Assembly (NCBI GenBank): GCA_040384765.1
Contig: JAZKIQ010000010.1
Span: 1 to 43,171, forward strand
Direction of reading: 5' to 3'
From: Patescibacteria group bacterium
Lineage (GTDB): Bacteria > Patescibacteriota > Minisyncoccia > Phycocordibacterales > JBBUBG01
Length of the DNA: 43,171 bases
Shown here: in pieces, positions 8,121-18,158 of the stretch
How the letters are laid out: every line of letters starts with the position of its first letter
How positions within the stretch are numbered: position 1 is the stretch's first letter
The notes under the pieces: model-generated
The model's input: the letters and a program-made list of their open reading frames with translations, nothing else
The model's database searches: none
What the model was told of the DNA's origin: nothing
Made by a program: the position numbers and the translations under genes

Positions 8121-10783
8121 TAGTGTGATAAATCTATAACAGAATCGGTGATGTTGTCAACAAAGGTAAGATTCGTTGCTCGAAGGATACCGTCAGCCTC
8201 CCCGGCAATGGCCACACCGTTGTGGATGAACAGGACCGAATCAAGATCTACTGGCGAACCATGATATCTAATCGCTGGGTCAAAGTTTGAAAGCCGAGCA
8301 TGGGAGATATCGGTATGTGCTGCGGTTCGAAGGAGAAGCCCCTGTGCACCGACAAGATTTTCAGGAAACTTTTGGCCATCACCAAAAAAGTCATTGCCAT
8401 CGCTATCGTCACTTATTGCAGAGATGCGCACCGGCGCTTCTTCTATACCGCGCACTGAAAGCGAGCCGTCGAGTATAAGCCGGCTCCCATCGATTTTCCA
8501 TACTACTCCGGGCTCGATGAGAAGATGTGAGTCCGTTTCAAAAATCGCAGCACTTCGAAAAGTGGCGTATGGAACCTCGTTTCGCTTAAGTACCCCCTGC
8601 TCCCCCGCACGTAAAGCAGTGCCAACAATCGCGATCCCATTCGCCTCTGTACCCGTTGCATTGTTGCCCTCAAAAATTGCACCCACCCCATCTGCTGAGA
8701 TGTATGCTGCTACGCCACCTCTAACCATATTGTGAGAAAATATACCGTGCGAGAAAACCGTTGAGATGCCCGTCTGGTACCCTTCGACCGTTACCCTCTC
8801 GACACGTGAGGTATCACTCTCCGCATATATCCCGGCCATAGTCACATCTCCCGGTGGTGCGGCAGACACAATATGCGTATCACGTATCTCTGAAGAGCCT
8901 CCCTGGAGATAGAGCCCGTACATACCATTTCCTTCAAGCGTGCAGCTCTGCACCCTGATACTGCTTCCCTCAACAAAAATACCTGAAGCAAGGTAGGATA
9001 TCCCGAGCGGCGAAAACTGTCCGCCAAAACGGATGAGGGAAGACTCCAAGGAGGAGTTCGTACTTCCCGGTTCAAAATAGAGATGTCTCCACGAGCCGCG
9101 TGTTGGGCAGGTCGCCTCCAGATCACGGCCACACACTCCGTCGCCATTTGAATCTCCTCCGTAGGTATCGTCAAAAATCGATGAGAAAACAACGGGAAAG
9201 CTCGGGGTACCACTCGCAACAAGAGTACCTGCCACCCGAAGCCCAGCGTCCGGAGCAAACTTTAGCACTGTGCCCGCGCCAAGCACAACTTTTGCATTGC
9301 TCGGGACAAGCAGATATGCGCGCACGATATAGGGACTATGTGCACGAGAGAGTACGGTTGTGGTGCCCTCGGCAAAAAAGGTGATCTCATTGGGACCATC
9401 TGAGGAGGCCTCGTCGTCGGGACCCCGAGCCGGGCTTGCTTCGGTGCTTGTGCTCATATCGACCTCTTCTTCACCGCTGCTTTCGTCCAAAGGGGAAGAA
9501 GGTGTTCCTTCTGACAAAGCCATCGATGCTACCCCTGATTCACGAGCCAAGTCAAAAACCTGTCGCAAAGGATCTCCTGTTTCAGTATCGTAGAGGTGGA
9601 TAGACGGCGCCCCAGGCAGCGGGCGAACCCGAGCAGCAAATGACTCTGACATCTCCCCGAGGACAACCTTCTCTTCCTTAACAACAAGAGGAAAGGTATC
9701 AGCTACCGAAAAAGGCTGAATTTCTGCCAAGATCGTGCGTTCATCTTGTGTCTCGACGAGTCGCTGCGGAGCTTCACCAACCTCCTCAAAAAAGAGACGA
9801 ACTACACCCGCGCTCGAACGCACCGCATATTCGGAAAGAACCTGCCAATACTGCTCCATGAGGGAGTTGTCATCAACCGTCAAAAAATATTTTCGCACTA
9901 GTTTCCCGCTCTCAAACTGGTACTGCCTCCCCACTCGCGCCACGGCGCTTGCGCCATATTCAGGGATAGACCTCATGGCAAAGAGTGCCTCATCGCCAGA
10001 TGCCGTTCTTTTGGCAGAAAAGTATTCAATGACGGGGCTTGTAAATGCAGGGTCCTCAATCGTATCTTTGGAAAAGAAGTGCCGATTTGAAAAAGACGCA
10101 GTCGAGTCAAAACCCTCCTCAATCGAAGAGAACACGAGGGGTACAACTCCCTTCTCCCCTAGCTGCTTTCCAACGCCTATCTCGCTAGGGCCAAACGACT
10201 TTGCGAACCTCTCAAAAGGCGAGCCGAATTCAAGGAGTGGCGGATGGGGATCGCCCCGGGTATGGTCTGGGACGGTCGCATCCTCGATGAGGTGGAGGAT
10301 ATGCCCGAGAACCTCCATCGCCTTCTCCCGCTCCCCGCTTTTGTATAAGCGAACTGCTTCCGGCCAAGTATGATCGATATTTTCCGGGTCGCCCCCAATC
10401 GCCCATTCCTTCGATGAGCTCCAGGGTCTGCCGAAATTGAGCTCTGAAAGATACGTAAGACCGGAGTTGTGAATTGGGTCGTAAAAATGCCGCATGAAGC
10501 GGTAGTCGAAATCTTCCTCGAAGGCACCCTTTACGAGGGCCTCTTCGTCCGAAGTAGAAAGAGCTGCATCCGAGTATGAGCTTCTATATAAACGAACCGC
10601 ATCGCGGGTAAGGCCGCGATGCGTGGTGTCGTCACTGTAGGCAAACGCTGGCGAAGCTGAAAAAAGGAATGCACAAAAAAAGATAACCAGAATACGCTTA
10701 AAATCGCTAGATCCGCGAAGTCGAGGAGAGAAAAGCTGAGCTGTACAGAGGTACAGTGAAGTTTTTGTCGACGAAGACGACAA
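8120..10783 (-). CDS. Secreted zinc-dependent phospholipase C/S1-P1-like protein with C-terminal beta-helix repeats
   Basis: Signal peptide KRILVIFFCAFLFSASPAFA. Motifs YSDDTTH, RHFYDP, LGHILHLIEDATVPDH and SPFE. An acidic linker is followed by two beta-helix modules (PVVFSSIFDDTYGGDSNGDG, PVRISAISDDSDGNDFFGDG). The start codon is uncertain. Confidence 0.7.
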   Translation of the reverse strand: MSSSSTKTSLYLCTAQLFSPRLRGSSDFKRILVIFFCAFLFSASPAFAYSDDTTHRGLTRDAVRLYRSSYSDAALSTSDEEALVKGAFEEDFDYRFMRHFYDPIHNSGLTYLSELNFGRPWSSSKEWAIGGDPENIDHTWPEAVRLYKSGEREKAMEVLGHILHLIEDATVPDHTRGDPHPPLLEFGSPFERFAKSFGPSEIGVGKQLGEKGVVPLVFSSIEEGFDSTASFSNRHFFSKDTIEDPAFTSPVIEYFSAKRTASGDEALFAMRSIPEYGASAVARVGRQYQFESGKLVRKYFLTVDDNSLMEQYWQVLSEYAVRSSAGVVRLFFEEVGEAPQRLVETQDERTILAEIQPFSVADTFPLVVKEEKVVLGEMSESFAARVRPLPGAPSIHLYDTETGDPLRQVFDLARESGVASMALSEGTPSSPLDESSGEEEVDMSTSTEASPARGPDDEASSDGPNEITFFAEGTTTVLSRAHSPYIVRAYLLVPSNAKVVLGAGTVLKFAPDAGLRVAGTLVASGTPSFPVVFSSIFDDTYGGDSNGDGVCGRDLEATCPTRGSWRHLYFEPGSTNSSLESSLIRFGGQFSPLGISYLASGIFVEGSSIRVQSCTLEGNGMYGLYLQGGSSEIRDTHIVSAAPPGDVTMAGIYAESDTSRVERVTVEGYQTGISTVFSHGIFSHNMVRGGVAAYISADGVGAIFEGNNATGTEANGIAIVGTALRAGEQGVLKRNEVPYATFRSAAIFETDSHLLIEPGVVWKIDGSRLILDGSLSVRGIEEAPVRISAISDDSDGNDFFGDGQKFPENLVGAQGLLLRTAAHTDISHARLSNFDPAIRYHGSPVDLDSVLFIHNGVAIAGEADGILRATNLTFVDNITDSVIDLSH

Positions 10784-10810
10784 AGGAGCTAGTGATTTTA
10801 AGCGTATTCT
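10689..10810. repeat. 122 bp palindromic (MITE/RPE-like) element
   Basis: Arms agaatacgcttaaaatcgctag (10689-10710) and ctagtgattttaagcgtattct (10789-10810) are 21/22 complementary. The central hairpin is ctgtac-agag-gtacag. Confidence 0.8.
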
Positions 10811-11279
10811 AGAGTTCTTCGACTTTCCATATATTAGTCGCTGGATTCTTTACCAGATCTATCAAAAACGGAATCCCATCATCTGCGACCTTAATACTGA
10901 ACTGATAGGTGCCTGAAAATGGCTCGCTCCCCGATTTTGGCCCGCGAAGGAGTGAGACAAACCCATCAATCGTGTTATGCGTCTTTCCCTCTTCGAAGCG
11001 CGATTTCATCACCATCTGCTTGTCGGGCATAAAATATTTCGAGGCTAGATCAAGATCCCCTTTTTCGAGAGCTGTGGCGAGAAGATCAATAGTACTATCA
11101 GGCGTCGCTCCACCGTACCTGTCCGTCGAATATTCCGCTGCCCATCGATCGATTCCCGCCTCTCGTGGATCTTTCTTTTGTGCAAAAGTACCTGTATAGA
11201 TCACGAGCACAAGCACCGCTACGATAATGCTCGCAAATATGCCGCTCTGCTTCCAAAAGGTTGAATCGAAATAGATCAT
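10809..11279 (-). CDS. Small single-pass membrane protein, unknown function
   Basis: N-terminal TM (IFASIIVAVLVLVIY), then DRYGGATPDSTIDLLATALEKGDLDLASKYF...WKVEEL. Tightly packed in the cassette. Confidence 0.8.
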   Translation of the reverse strand: MIYFDSTFWKQSGIFASIIVAVLVLVIYTGTFAQKKDPREAGIDRWAAEYSTDRYGGATPDSTIDLLATALEKGDLDLASKYFMPDKQMVMKSRFEEGKTHNTIDGFVSLLRGPKSGSEPFSGTYQFSIKVADDGIPFLIDLVKNPATNIWKVEEL

Positions 11280-11290
11280 CTATGACAAGT

Positions 11291-12547
11291 TTATTTTCTA
11301 AGCGTCAAAATCTCCCGACGAAGGGTAGCGAGCGCTTCCGCAAGAGCTGCTACGCGATCGAGTAGTGACTGGATATTGAAAGCTGATTCGAGGGAAGGAG
11401 CTGCTGACCCGCCACCTTCGCCACCGATGACAATCGAGGCATCCGGTGAGCGAAGTACTGCGGTAGTGCTTGCTGAAAGTGATAGCCGTGTAATTGAGCG
11501 CGGAAGCGTGACCATCGAGCGAGGGAGGACGATGGTATCTTGAGGAAAAACAAACGACTGGGTTGGTAGCTCGATCGTCCAGTTGCCAAGATTGACTTCG
11601 TACGGTGAGGTGTTTGCAAGCTCTATCCGCGAATCTCTCGGATCTGTAAAAATCGATACCGCAAGGGGCGCCACCTTTACCGCCGCACGGGCAACTGCGG
11701 AAGTATCACCAGCCACCGCATTGAGCACTACTGCATATTCACCAGGGAATCCGTATATTTTCGTCACCTTCTTTCCCAAAGAAGAGCTGCCATCGCCAAA
11801 GGACCACCGATACTCGATCGTAGAGGGGATAGTCCCCCGAGTACGAGCTTCGAAGGTAACGGGGGTACCGCGGGTTACCAGGCGGTCGCGACCGGCGGAG
11901 ACCGTAAAATCGTACTCGGGCACCTCATCGCTAAGTGTTATTGAGCTCGAGTGAGAAGAGGGAGCCGCACTCGCTCCAGCTGCTGCGGTAGTCGAGGCGA
12001 CAGCCGACACCACAGGAGGGAGTGTTTGTGGCTCTGCATTTTTTGCTTTTGGAGTGCTCGTAGCGGTGATCCAGCCGCTTCCGTTTTTTTGCATGGTCTC
12101 CTTCGTGGCGTTGTCTCCCGCTGGCCAGCCGCCCTTTGCATCAATAGTATCGAGCACCGCTCCGGTCCTATCTTTGAGCACGAGATACTCCCCGCTATTC
12201 GAGAGCCCGCCGCCGCCCCACGCACCCGATTCATCTGAAATGCCAGGCACCGGGTCCGGAGATGAGGCTGTAGTACGCTCGAGCAAGAGATATCCGCCAG
12301 GTGTAATTTTCTTGGATAGCACAAAAACGGAAACGGCGCCTCCCTCTTCAAAAAGGGAGGCGCCGCTGAGATCTACTTCTGCATCGCCCGAGTTGTACAA
12401 CTCTATCCACTCGGCAAACTGGCTCTCCTTGCTTCCCATCCAGGCAATCTCATTAAAAAGCACGGCAGCACTGACGGAGTGCGGCACAACCAAAAGAAGC
12501 ACCAAGAGAAAAAGGGAGCTTTTTGTGAGGATGCTGGATCGAATCAT
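11291..12547 (-). CDS. Secreted lamin-tail-domain / PKD-domain protein
   Basis: Signal peptide; LTD motifs FNEIAWMGS, EWIELYN and LSNSGEYLVL; PKD motif YRWSFGDGSS; second LTD-like segment IELAN...VNLGNWTI; C-terminal coiled coil. Confidence 0.85.
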   Translation of the reverse strand: MIRSSILTKSSLFLLVLLLVVPHSVSAAVLFNEIAWMGSKESQFAEWIELYNSGDAEVDLSGASLFEEGGAVSVFVLSKKITPGGYLLLERTTASSPDPVPGISDESGAWGGGGLSNSGEYLVLKDRTGAVLDTIDAKGGWPAGDNATKETMQKNGSGWITATSTPKAKNAEPQTLPPVVSAVASTTAAAGASAAPSSHSSSITLSDEVPEYDFTVSAGRDRLVTRGTPVTFEARTRGTIPSTIEYRWSFGDGSSSLGKKVTKIYGFPGEYAVVLNAVAGDTSAVARAAVKVAPLAVSIFTDPRDSRIELANTSPYEVNLGNWTIELPTQSFVFPQDTIVLPRSMVTLPRSITRLSLSASTTAVLRSPDASIVIGGEGGGSAAPSLESAFNIQSLLDRVAALAEALATLRREILTLRK

Positions 12548-13221
12548 TGCTTGGCAAGCGCGGCTAGCTCCTTATCTCCTGGATTATTCTTCAATCCCAG
12601 ATCAGCTACAGCACGTGCCTTTGTCATGTCTTTGAGTACATTCTTGTAGAAGTCGTATGCCTGGAAGTAGATATAGCCCGCTTTGGGATCGGCAGCGATA
12701 GCTGCCTTGAAGCTAGCCTCTGCTTTTATGTTGTCGCGAAGCGTGTAGGCGTAGAGATCGGCAAGGTTTCCGTACGGAACCACGAACGAAGGAGAAAGTT
12801 TTGATGCATACTCCCATGCTGCAATAGTGCCCGGGTAGTCTCCAAGGGTCTTCCGAAAAGTGCCCAGAGTCACCCACTCCTCGATATTGCTTGGATCTCT
12901 CGTGAGAGACACCTGGAGAGAACGCACCTTATCAGTAACAATCTTCCACGCCTCGGCTGTCATAGAGGTATCCTTAATAAGAACTTTTGGCGTTTTTGTG
13001 AGGTCCGGAATGGGCTGAGGCAAAGAACCTTCCCCTGACGGCACCACCTCGATAGTACCCACTTTTTTCCCATCAACAATATAATCTTGCACTCCCGAAA
13101 CCGGAACATGTATGTTTTCGCCCAGTGGCGTCGTATCGAGATCCTTGTAGGCAAAAAATCCAACCAGAGCAAGAACCAGTACAACAGTTACGGCAAGAAG
13201 AGGCCTTTTGTATTCGGTCAT
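12544..13221 (-). CDS. Membrane-anchored TPR protein
   Basis: N-terminal TM; TPR-like WVTLG...GDYPGTIAAWEYASKLSP...YGNLADLY...AEASFKAAIAADP. Overlaps the next gene by ATGA. Confidence 0.85.
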   Translation of the reverse strand: MTEYKRPLLAVTVVLVLALVGFFAYKDLDTTPLGENIHVPVSGVQDYIVDGKKVGTIEVVPSGEGSLPQPIPDLTKTPKVLIKDTSMTAEAWKIVTDKVRSLQVSLTRDPSNIEEWVTLGTFRKTLGDYPGTIAAWEYASKLSPSFVVPYGNLADLYAYTLRDNIKAEASFKAAIAADPKAGYIYFQAYDFYKNVLKDMTKARAVADLGLKNNPGDKELAALAKQ

Positions 13222-13318
13222 AAGAATAGTCTACCAAAATGAGTAAAGGGAAACCAGGCACGATCGTGCCCTGTCTCTCTTTTGACCGAAAGGAGGGCAA
13301 AATGTGACCAGGTATGCG

Positions 13319-13389
13319 TTTTGTTTTTGGAACCAAGGCTGCCCCTTGGTTCCAAAAACAAAAAGACCACTCAAAAGAGTGGTCTTTTT
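13319..13389. terminator. Tandem hairpins (20 bp and 13 bp perfect arms) downstream of the S-layer-like gene
   Basis: ttttgtttttggaaccaagg-ctgcc-ccttggttccaaaaacaaaa overlaps aaaaagaccactc-aaaa-gagtggtcttttt. Confidence 0.75.
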
Positions 13390-13442
13390 GCTAGCTTTCA
13401 GACCGCTACCCTTTCGGGCTTAGGTACTGAACACAAGCGCTA

Positions 13443-16400
13443 TTAGTTGTTTCGTGTCTGGATGAGACCGTTCTGTGGGAAGCCTGGAAGACCAAACCCG
13501 TTGGTGTAGTCGTTATCCGTGGCGTTTCCGTTGAGGGTCGTCGTCGAGAACGGTGACCAGATCAAGTTGTCGTTTGTATCCAACTCAACAACTGTGGTCG
13601 AAGCCATGAAGATGGCTGTCGTGCCGTTGTTGCCGAGTGAAGGATATGCAGAGTCACCCTTGAGAGTCGTTGTAACCGAGTACGAAGTTGCACCACCTAC
13701 GATGCCAACTGTACCGCGAACCTCAAAGTAGATCGAGCCACCAGCTGGAACCTGTACGAGTGTTACCCCGGCAGCGCTGGTCTGAGCAAGAATCTCAACC
13801 TGACCTGTACTGTCTGGAGCAACGTTCGATGCCATCATCTGGCCACCTGTCGAGACTGTCGACACACCTTGTGAGTATGCTGAGTCCTGATAAGCGAAGA
13901 TGTTGACACTCGTTACTGTAGCCGAGCTTGTAGCAAAGCCAACAGTAAACTTCTGGATACCGAGCGGTCCGTTGGCATTTGCCGTTACCTTAAAGCGCAT
14001 CAAACGTCCGTCTGAAACACCATTCTGAGGAAGGGTTTCAAGAGCGAATGTTGGGAACGACTTGAAGAGACGGATACCAGCGAATGTCGTTGAACCAGAT
14101 GAACCTGATGTTGCAAGGTTGATCTTCGTTCCTGACTCAACACCAGTACCTTCGGTACCAGTCGTGTCAGTGCTGTTGAGATCTACCTTGATCAAGTGAC
14201 CTGACGTACCGGTCTGTGAAGTACCGACCTGTGCGAGATCAAGCTTGATCGTGAGAACCTTGTCTGAATCCTTCGGAAGAAGGAGCGTCGAAGCGAACGT
14301 TGATGTTGCCACCAAGTTCGTACCTGTGAAGGTAGCCTCACCAACCTTTGTTAGACCATCCCAGAGCGATACCTTTACGAGGTCTGACGAAGATGACGAA
14401 GCGATTGTGTCGTTCGTAAGCTTGAGTCCTACCTTCTCGAGGTTGATAGCCTGGTTTGATGCTCGGAACTTAAGAACACCTGCGGTGATGCCAGTGGCGC
14501 CACCTGCTGCAACCGTGTAGGAAGGAGCAGAAGCGTCAGCAGATACCGTGAGTGAACCGCCGCCGATCGTCATCGTAGGACCAGTACCGTTCGAAAGACT
14601 ACCGGTCGTTGATACAGACGAGCCTGACGTTACGCCAGTTGCTGTAATCGAAGTGCCAGTGATCTTCCAAACAAAGGTGCCTGATGCTGAAGACGAAAGG
14701 TTGCACTTAAGTGCAAGCGTCTTGATGGAACCCTTTGGAACAACGTAGGAGTTGTCGAGAGTAAGCGTGTACGTAGCTGTACCTGCTACTCCGTTTACAA
14801 CGTTCGAGCCAGTGTTGAGGGCTGTTGTGCCGTCAAATGCCTGACACGAAGATACCTGCGCTTCCATGTTGGATGTACCAACAGTGAGGGTGAGCGGAAG
14901 TGTCGAGAAGCGTACATCCTCACCAGACTGCGTTCCATCAAACTGGAAGTTCACAAGGAGGCGAGATACGCCACCTGCAACAATCGTCTGGCTTGTTGGA
15001 TCCGTTGAAGCGCGCACATCAAGTGCTGCGGCCTTCACCGTCATGGTGTTCATAACAACCTGCGTCGAGAGAGCAGAAAGGCTAATTGTGTTGCCTGAGA
15101 TCTGACCCTGAACGGTTGACCACTGTGATGACGGAGTTGTCTTCGCAATGTAGGTCTCGCCGTTTGCAGCGTTTGTTGGAACCTTACCCTTGAGGGTGTA
15201 TACGTGGCGGCCAATTGGGTAGGTAATCGTGTCCGTGAAGGTCAAAGTCTGATTACCGTCACCACTCGTGCCGTCCGTTGCGTCTACTGGACCTGCAACA
15301 ACGCGGCCGCTCTCATCGAGAATTGTTACGTTCGTGAGGAGAGAAGCACCACCGTTACCTGTTGTCGTTGAAACCGTGAAGATCGTCGAGGCAACTGAAA
15401 TCGCCTCTCCCTTAAGATCTACAACGTATCCACCGATAACCTGGTTTGGTACGTTAACTGCAATGTTCTGAGCAGGAACTTCGGCTGCTTTTGAAACAGT
15501 CGTTACAGAGCCTGCTGAGATGGTGATCGTTGACGAATCGAAGAACGGAGTGCTTGGAGTACCCGAGCTTGTACCATCCGAAGTCAAGAACTCAGAACCT
15601 GTCGTTGCCGACGAAGCGATGTTTCCTGATGCTGTCGGAGTGATTCCGTATCCGAAGTTGTCACCCACGAGGTAGAAGTCCGTGTTCTTGTAGATATCGA
15701 ACTTAACCGTGCGGTTTGCGGCGCCAGTTCCCGTGATGTCACCTTTTACAGTGATATCCTTCGAGAAACCTTTGTCGATCAAGATGCCACCCGATCCAAA
15801 GAGGGTCGTGTAGTACTTGCCGTCTGAAGATACCACTGTTGGGTATCCTACGCCGTCAACATACGTCTGGATGTTCGAAAGATCGTTCTTCGAAGCTGAA
15901 CCTGACTGGTTCCAGCGGATCGAAAGAAGGCGAACTTTCTCAGCCGATCCTGCCGTGAGGCGGATGCCAGCGAAGTTGTATGCCGTCGTGCCGATCTCCT
16001 TGGTGTTTGCAGTGTTTGGATCTTGCGAAGCAAGAAGAAGCGTTGCAGTACCGAGTGAGAGCGATGCGTTGATCGTGTTCTGTGCACCAGTGATTGGGAG
16101 AGAACCCGATACGCTTGCTGACGTGTTAATGCCTACGAGTGCAAGTACTGCAACCTGACCAGCCTTTGTAGCAAGGCTTGATGCCATGTTACCAGCGATG
16201 GTGTAGGTCTTCGTTGTTCCCTTTGGAACAGTGAAGGTGCCTCCAATCGTCGCGCGGTGGTCTGAGTTGAAGGTCTTTGCAACGTCAAGCTGGATGCCAT
16301 CCTGATCGAGGAGGACAACGCCAGCGAAGACTGCGTCGTCTGCAAGGCCCATGCGCTCTACTACTACGCCGTTTACTACGATATCGCCATCGTTAGATGC

Positions 16401-17036
16401 CGTAAGAGTAAAGCGTGTAAATGGAACGCGAGCTGCTGCTGTAGGAGCGAGGTTGTTTGCTGGCTGCGATCCTGCTGCTACCGAGAGGCCTGAGCCTGTC
16501 GATGGAGTTGGAGTCGGAGTTGTACCAGTTGAACCTGTGCTGCCAGTCGAACCCGTTGCTCCTGTGCCACTCATGGCCTGGAGCTTTGCGCGAGTCGCTG
16601 CACCTACAACACCCGTGCCGGAGGTAAGTCCGAGCGGAGTGAGGATTTCAGCCTTGTAAAGATTCTGGAATTTGATAACTGCTGCTTTCGTAGCAGGACC
16701 AAAGTACGAGGTCTCCGATCCTGGAGCACCTGCACCTGATACTGATACCTGGGTTGCGGCGTTTGAGTTGAGAACCTTTTGGAGGTTCATAACATCTGTG
16801 CCGGTGTCACCCATCTTAAGGTTTCTCGTAAACGTAAAACCTGCTGTTGCACCTGTTGAAGTGCTACCTGACAACGACTGAAGCTGAGCAAGCAAAGCGT
16901 TAATCTGTGCCTGGAGCTCTTCGATAGTTGCGGCTGAAGCTGGAAGCGCTGTGCTTCCGAGCATCATCACAGCAGTCATGACGCTTACGAAGACTGAAGT
17001 TGCTTTCGCAACCTTAGAATTCTTGAATGTACTCAT
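13443..17036 (-). CDS. S-layer-like surface protein with peptidoglycan-binding domain (1197 aa)
   Basis: Start MSTFKNSK at 17036. Signal peptide ends ALPASA, then coiled coil IEELQAQINALLAQL and PG_binding_1-like FTRNLKMGDTGTDVMNLQKVLN...YFGPATKAAVIKFQ. The body is T/S/G-rich and beta-like. Confidence 0.88.
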   Translation of the reverse strand: MSTFKNSKVAKATSVFVSVMTAVMMLGSTALPASAATIEELQAQINALLAQLQSLSGSTSTGATAGFTFTRNLKMGDTGTDVMNLQKVLNSNAATQVSVSGAGAPGSETSYFGPATKAAVIKFQNLYKAEILTPLGLTSGTGVVGAATRAKLQAMSGTGATGSTGSTGSTGTTPTPTPSTGSGLSVAAGSQPANNLAPTAAARVPFTRFTLTASNDGDIVVNGVVVERMGLADDAVFAGVVLLDQDGIQLDVAKTFNSDHRATIGGTFTVPKGTTKTYTIAGNMASSLATKAGQVAVLALVGINTSASVSGSLPITGAQNTINASLSLGTATLLLASQDPNTANTKEIGTTAYNFAGIRLTAGSAEKVRLLSIRWNQSGSASKNDLSNIQTYVDGVGYPTVVSSDGKYYTTLFGSGGILIDKGFSKDITVKGDITGTGAANRTVKFDIYKNTDFYLVGDNFGYGITPTASGNIASSATTGSEFLTSDGTSSGTPSTPFFDSSTITISAGSVTTVSKAAEVPAQNIAVNVPNQVIGGYVVDLKGEAISVASTIFTVSTTTGNGGASLLTNVTILDESGRVVAGPVDATDGTSGDGNQTLTFTDTITYPIGRHVYTLKGKVPTNAANGETYIAKTTPSSQWSTVQGQISGNTISLSALSTQVVMNTMTVKAAALDVRASTDPTSQTIVAGGVSRLLVNFQFDGTQSGEDVRFSTLPLTLTVGTSNMEAQVSSCQAFDGTTALNTGSNVVNGVAGTATYTLTLDNSYVVPKGSIKTLALKCNLSSSASGTFVWKITGTSITATGVTSGSSVSTTGSLSNGTGPTMTIGGGSLTVSADASAPSYTVAAGGATGITAGVLKFRASNQAINLEKVGLKLTNDTIASSSSSDLVKVSLWDGLTKVGEATFTGTNLVATSTFASTLLLPKDSDKVLTIKLDLAQVGTSQTGTSGHLIKVDLNSTDTTGTEGTGVESGTKINLATSGSSGSTTFAGIRLFKSFPTFALETLPQNGVSDGRLMRFKVTANANGPLGIQKFTVGFATSSATVTSVNIFAYQDSAYSQGVSTVSTGGQMMASNVAPDSTGQVEILAQTSAAGVTLVQVPAGGSIYFEVRGTVGIVGGATSYSVTTTLKGDSAYPSLGNNGTTAIFMASTTVVELDTNDNLIWSPFSTTTLNGNATDNDYTNGFGLPGFPQNGLIQTRNN

Positions 17037-17465
17037 GATTGCTTGGTTTGATAAGTGAAACTGAAATGAACGAGCGCGCTCTTCGACAAGACGCACCTCG
17101 TGCATAATCTCTTTTCGGCATGCGCATCTCCATGTGTCCAATATGGAGCGCGAGCACAAGTAAAGAGAGGGAAACTAAATGGTTCTAAACCAGAGTGTGT
17201 CTCTGGCTTTTGTATACCTCTATTTTGATGTCAATGAGCGAGCCGTCCGGAAATGTGTTGCTTTGTGTATTGAAACGGTGCAACTTCTTACAGTGTGCGT
17301 GAGTACCAGTATAGTACCCCCAATCTCAACCTTCAAAGCGGGTAATGTGGATATCAAGCCGTAAAGCTCTTATTTTTAGCCATACTTTTGGCCAAAAACT
17401 ATCCCATTTCAGGCTGTATAAAGCCTACCCTCCAGGGTCAGTAAAGTCAAGCAAATACAGGGTAT

Positions 17466-18158
17466 TCAGGGCCTTCGGTAGGTACTCCACCGACGCTCCC
17501 CTTTTTTAACAAGAACCCCCGTAGCAACAAGCCGAGAAAGCTCTCGCTGGATCGTCTTTTCACTGACCCCTGGAACGGCTCCAACGATATCCCGAATTGA
17601 ATATTCGACCCCATTCGAAAGGGCGGACAGTATCTGGTCCTGACGAAGTGGAGCCGAACCTTTACCCCTGTCCGGTGAGACGTGGCTCGCACCAGAAAAT
17701 GACCCTTCTTTTGCTCTCGGGGCACGAGGAGGCTCCGCCACCCTAGGAGTCGGAGCAGGCAAAAGTGCTCGCGCAAAAGAAACCGAGAAGCGAGCCTCGA
17801 GCGCCACAAGCTCTTCCTTAAAAGCGTCCCGCGCAGAAGAAGAGAGAAAGCCCGCGGATACAGCAAGCGAAAGCAATGGTTCCAGTTTGTCCTTTTGAAT
17901 CGTGAAGCCGTGCGCAAGCTTTTGGAGTGCTTCTGGAGAGAAGGGCTCCTTCCTTTGAGCTATCAAAGCGCAGTCGATTGCCACCTGTCTTATAGATTTT
18001 TTAAGAGGCTCCTGGTCGCTCCACTCTTTTGATATATAGTAGATAACGAGCGAAACCTTCTCGAGCCTCTCTTTCATAAACTCAAAGTCAGAGTCCGATA
18101 GATAGAGACTGTCCTGTCCTTTAACTTCTCTATTTTCCTTTATGTCCTTTTTCATCAT
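17466..18158 (-). CDS. Protein with helical N-domain and C-terminal DeoR-like winged HTH
   Basis: C-terminal RQDQILSAL...SIRDIVGAVPGVSEKTIQRELSRLVATGVLVKKGERRWSTY. Start taken at ATG ATG 18158, below a TATACT box. Confidence 0.8.
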   Translation of the reverse strand: MMKKDIKENREVKGQDSLYLSDSDFEFMKERLEKVSLVIYYISKEWSDQEPLKKSIRQVAIDCALIAQRKEPFSPEALQKLAHGFTIQKDKLEPLLSLAVSAGFLSSSARDAFKEELVALEARFSVSFARALLPAPTPRVAEPPRAPRAKEGSFSGASHVSPDRGKGSAPLRQDQILSALSNGVEYSIRDIVGAVPGVSEKTIQRELSRLVATGVLVKKGERRWSTYRRP

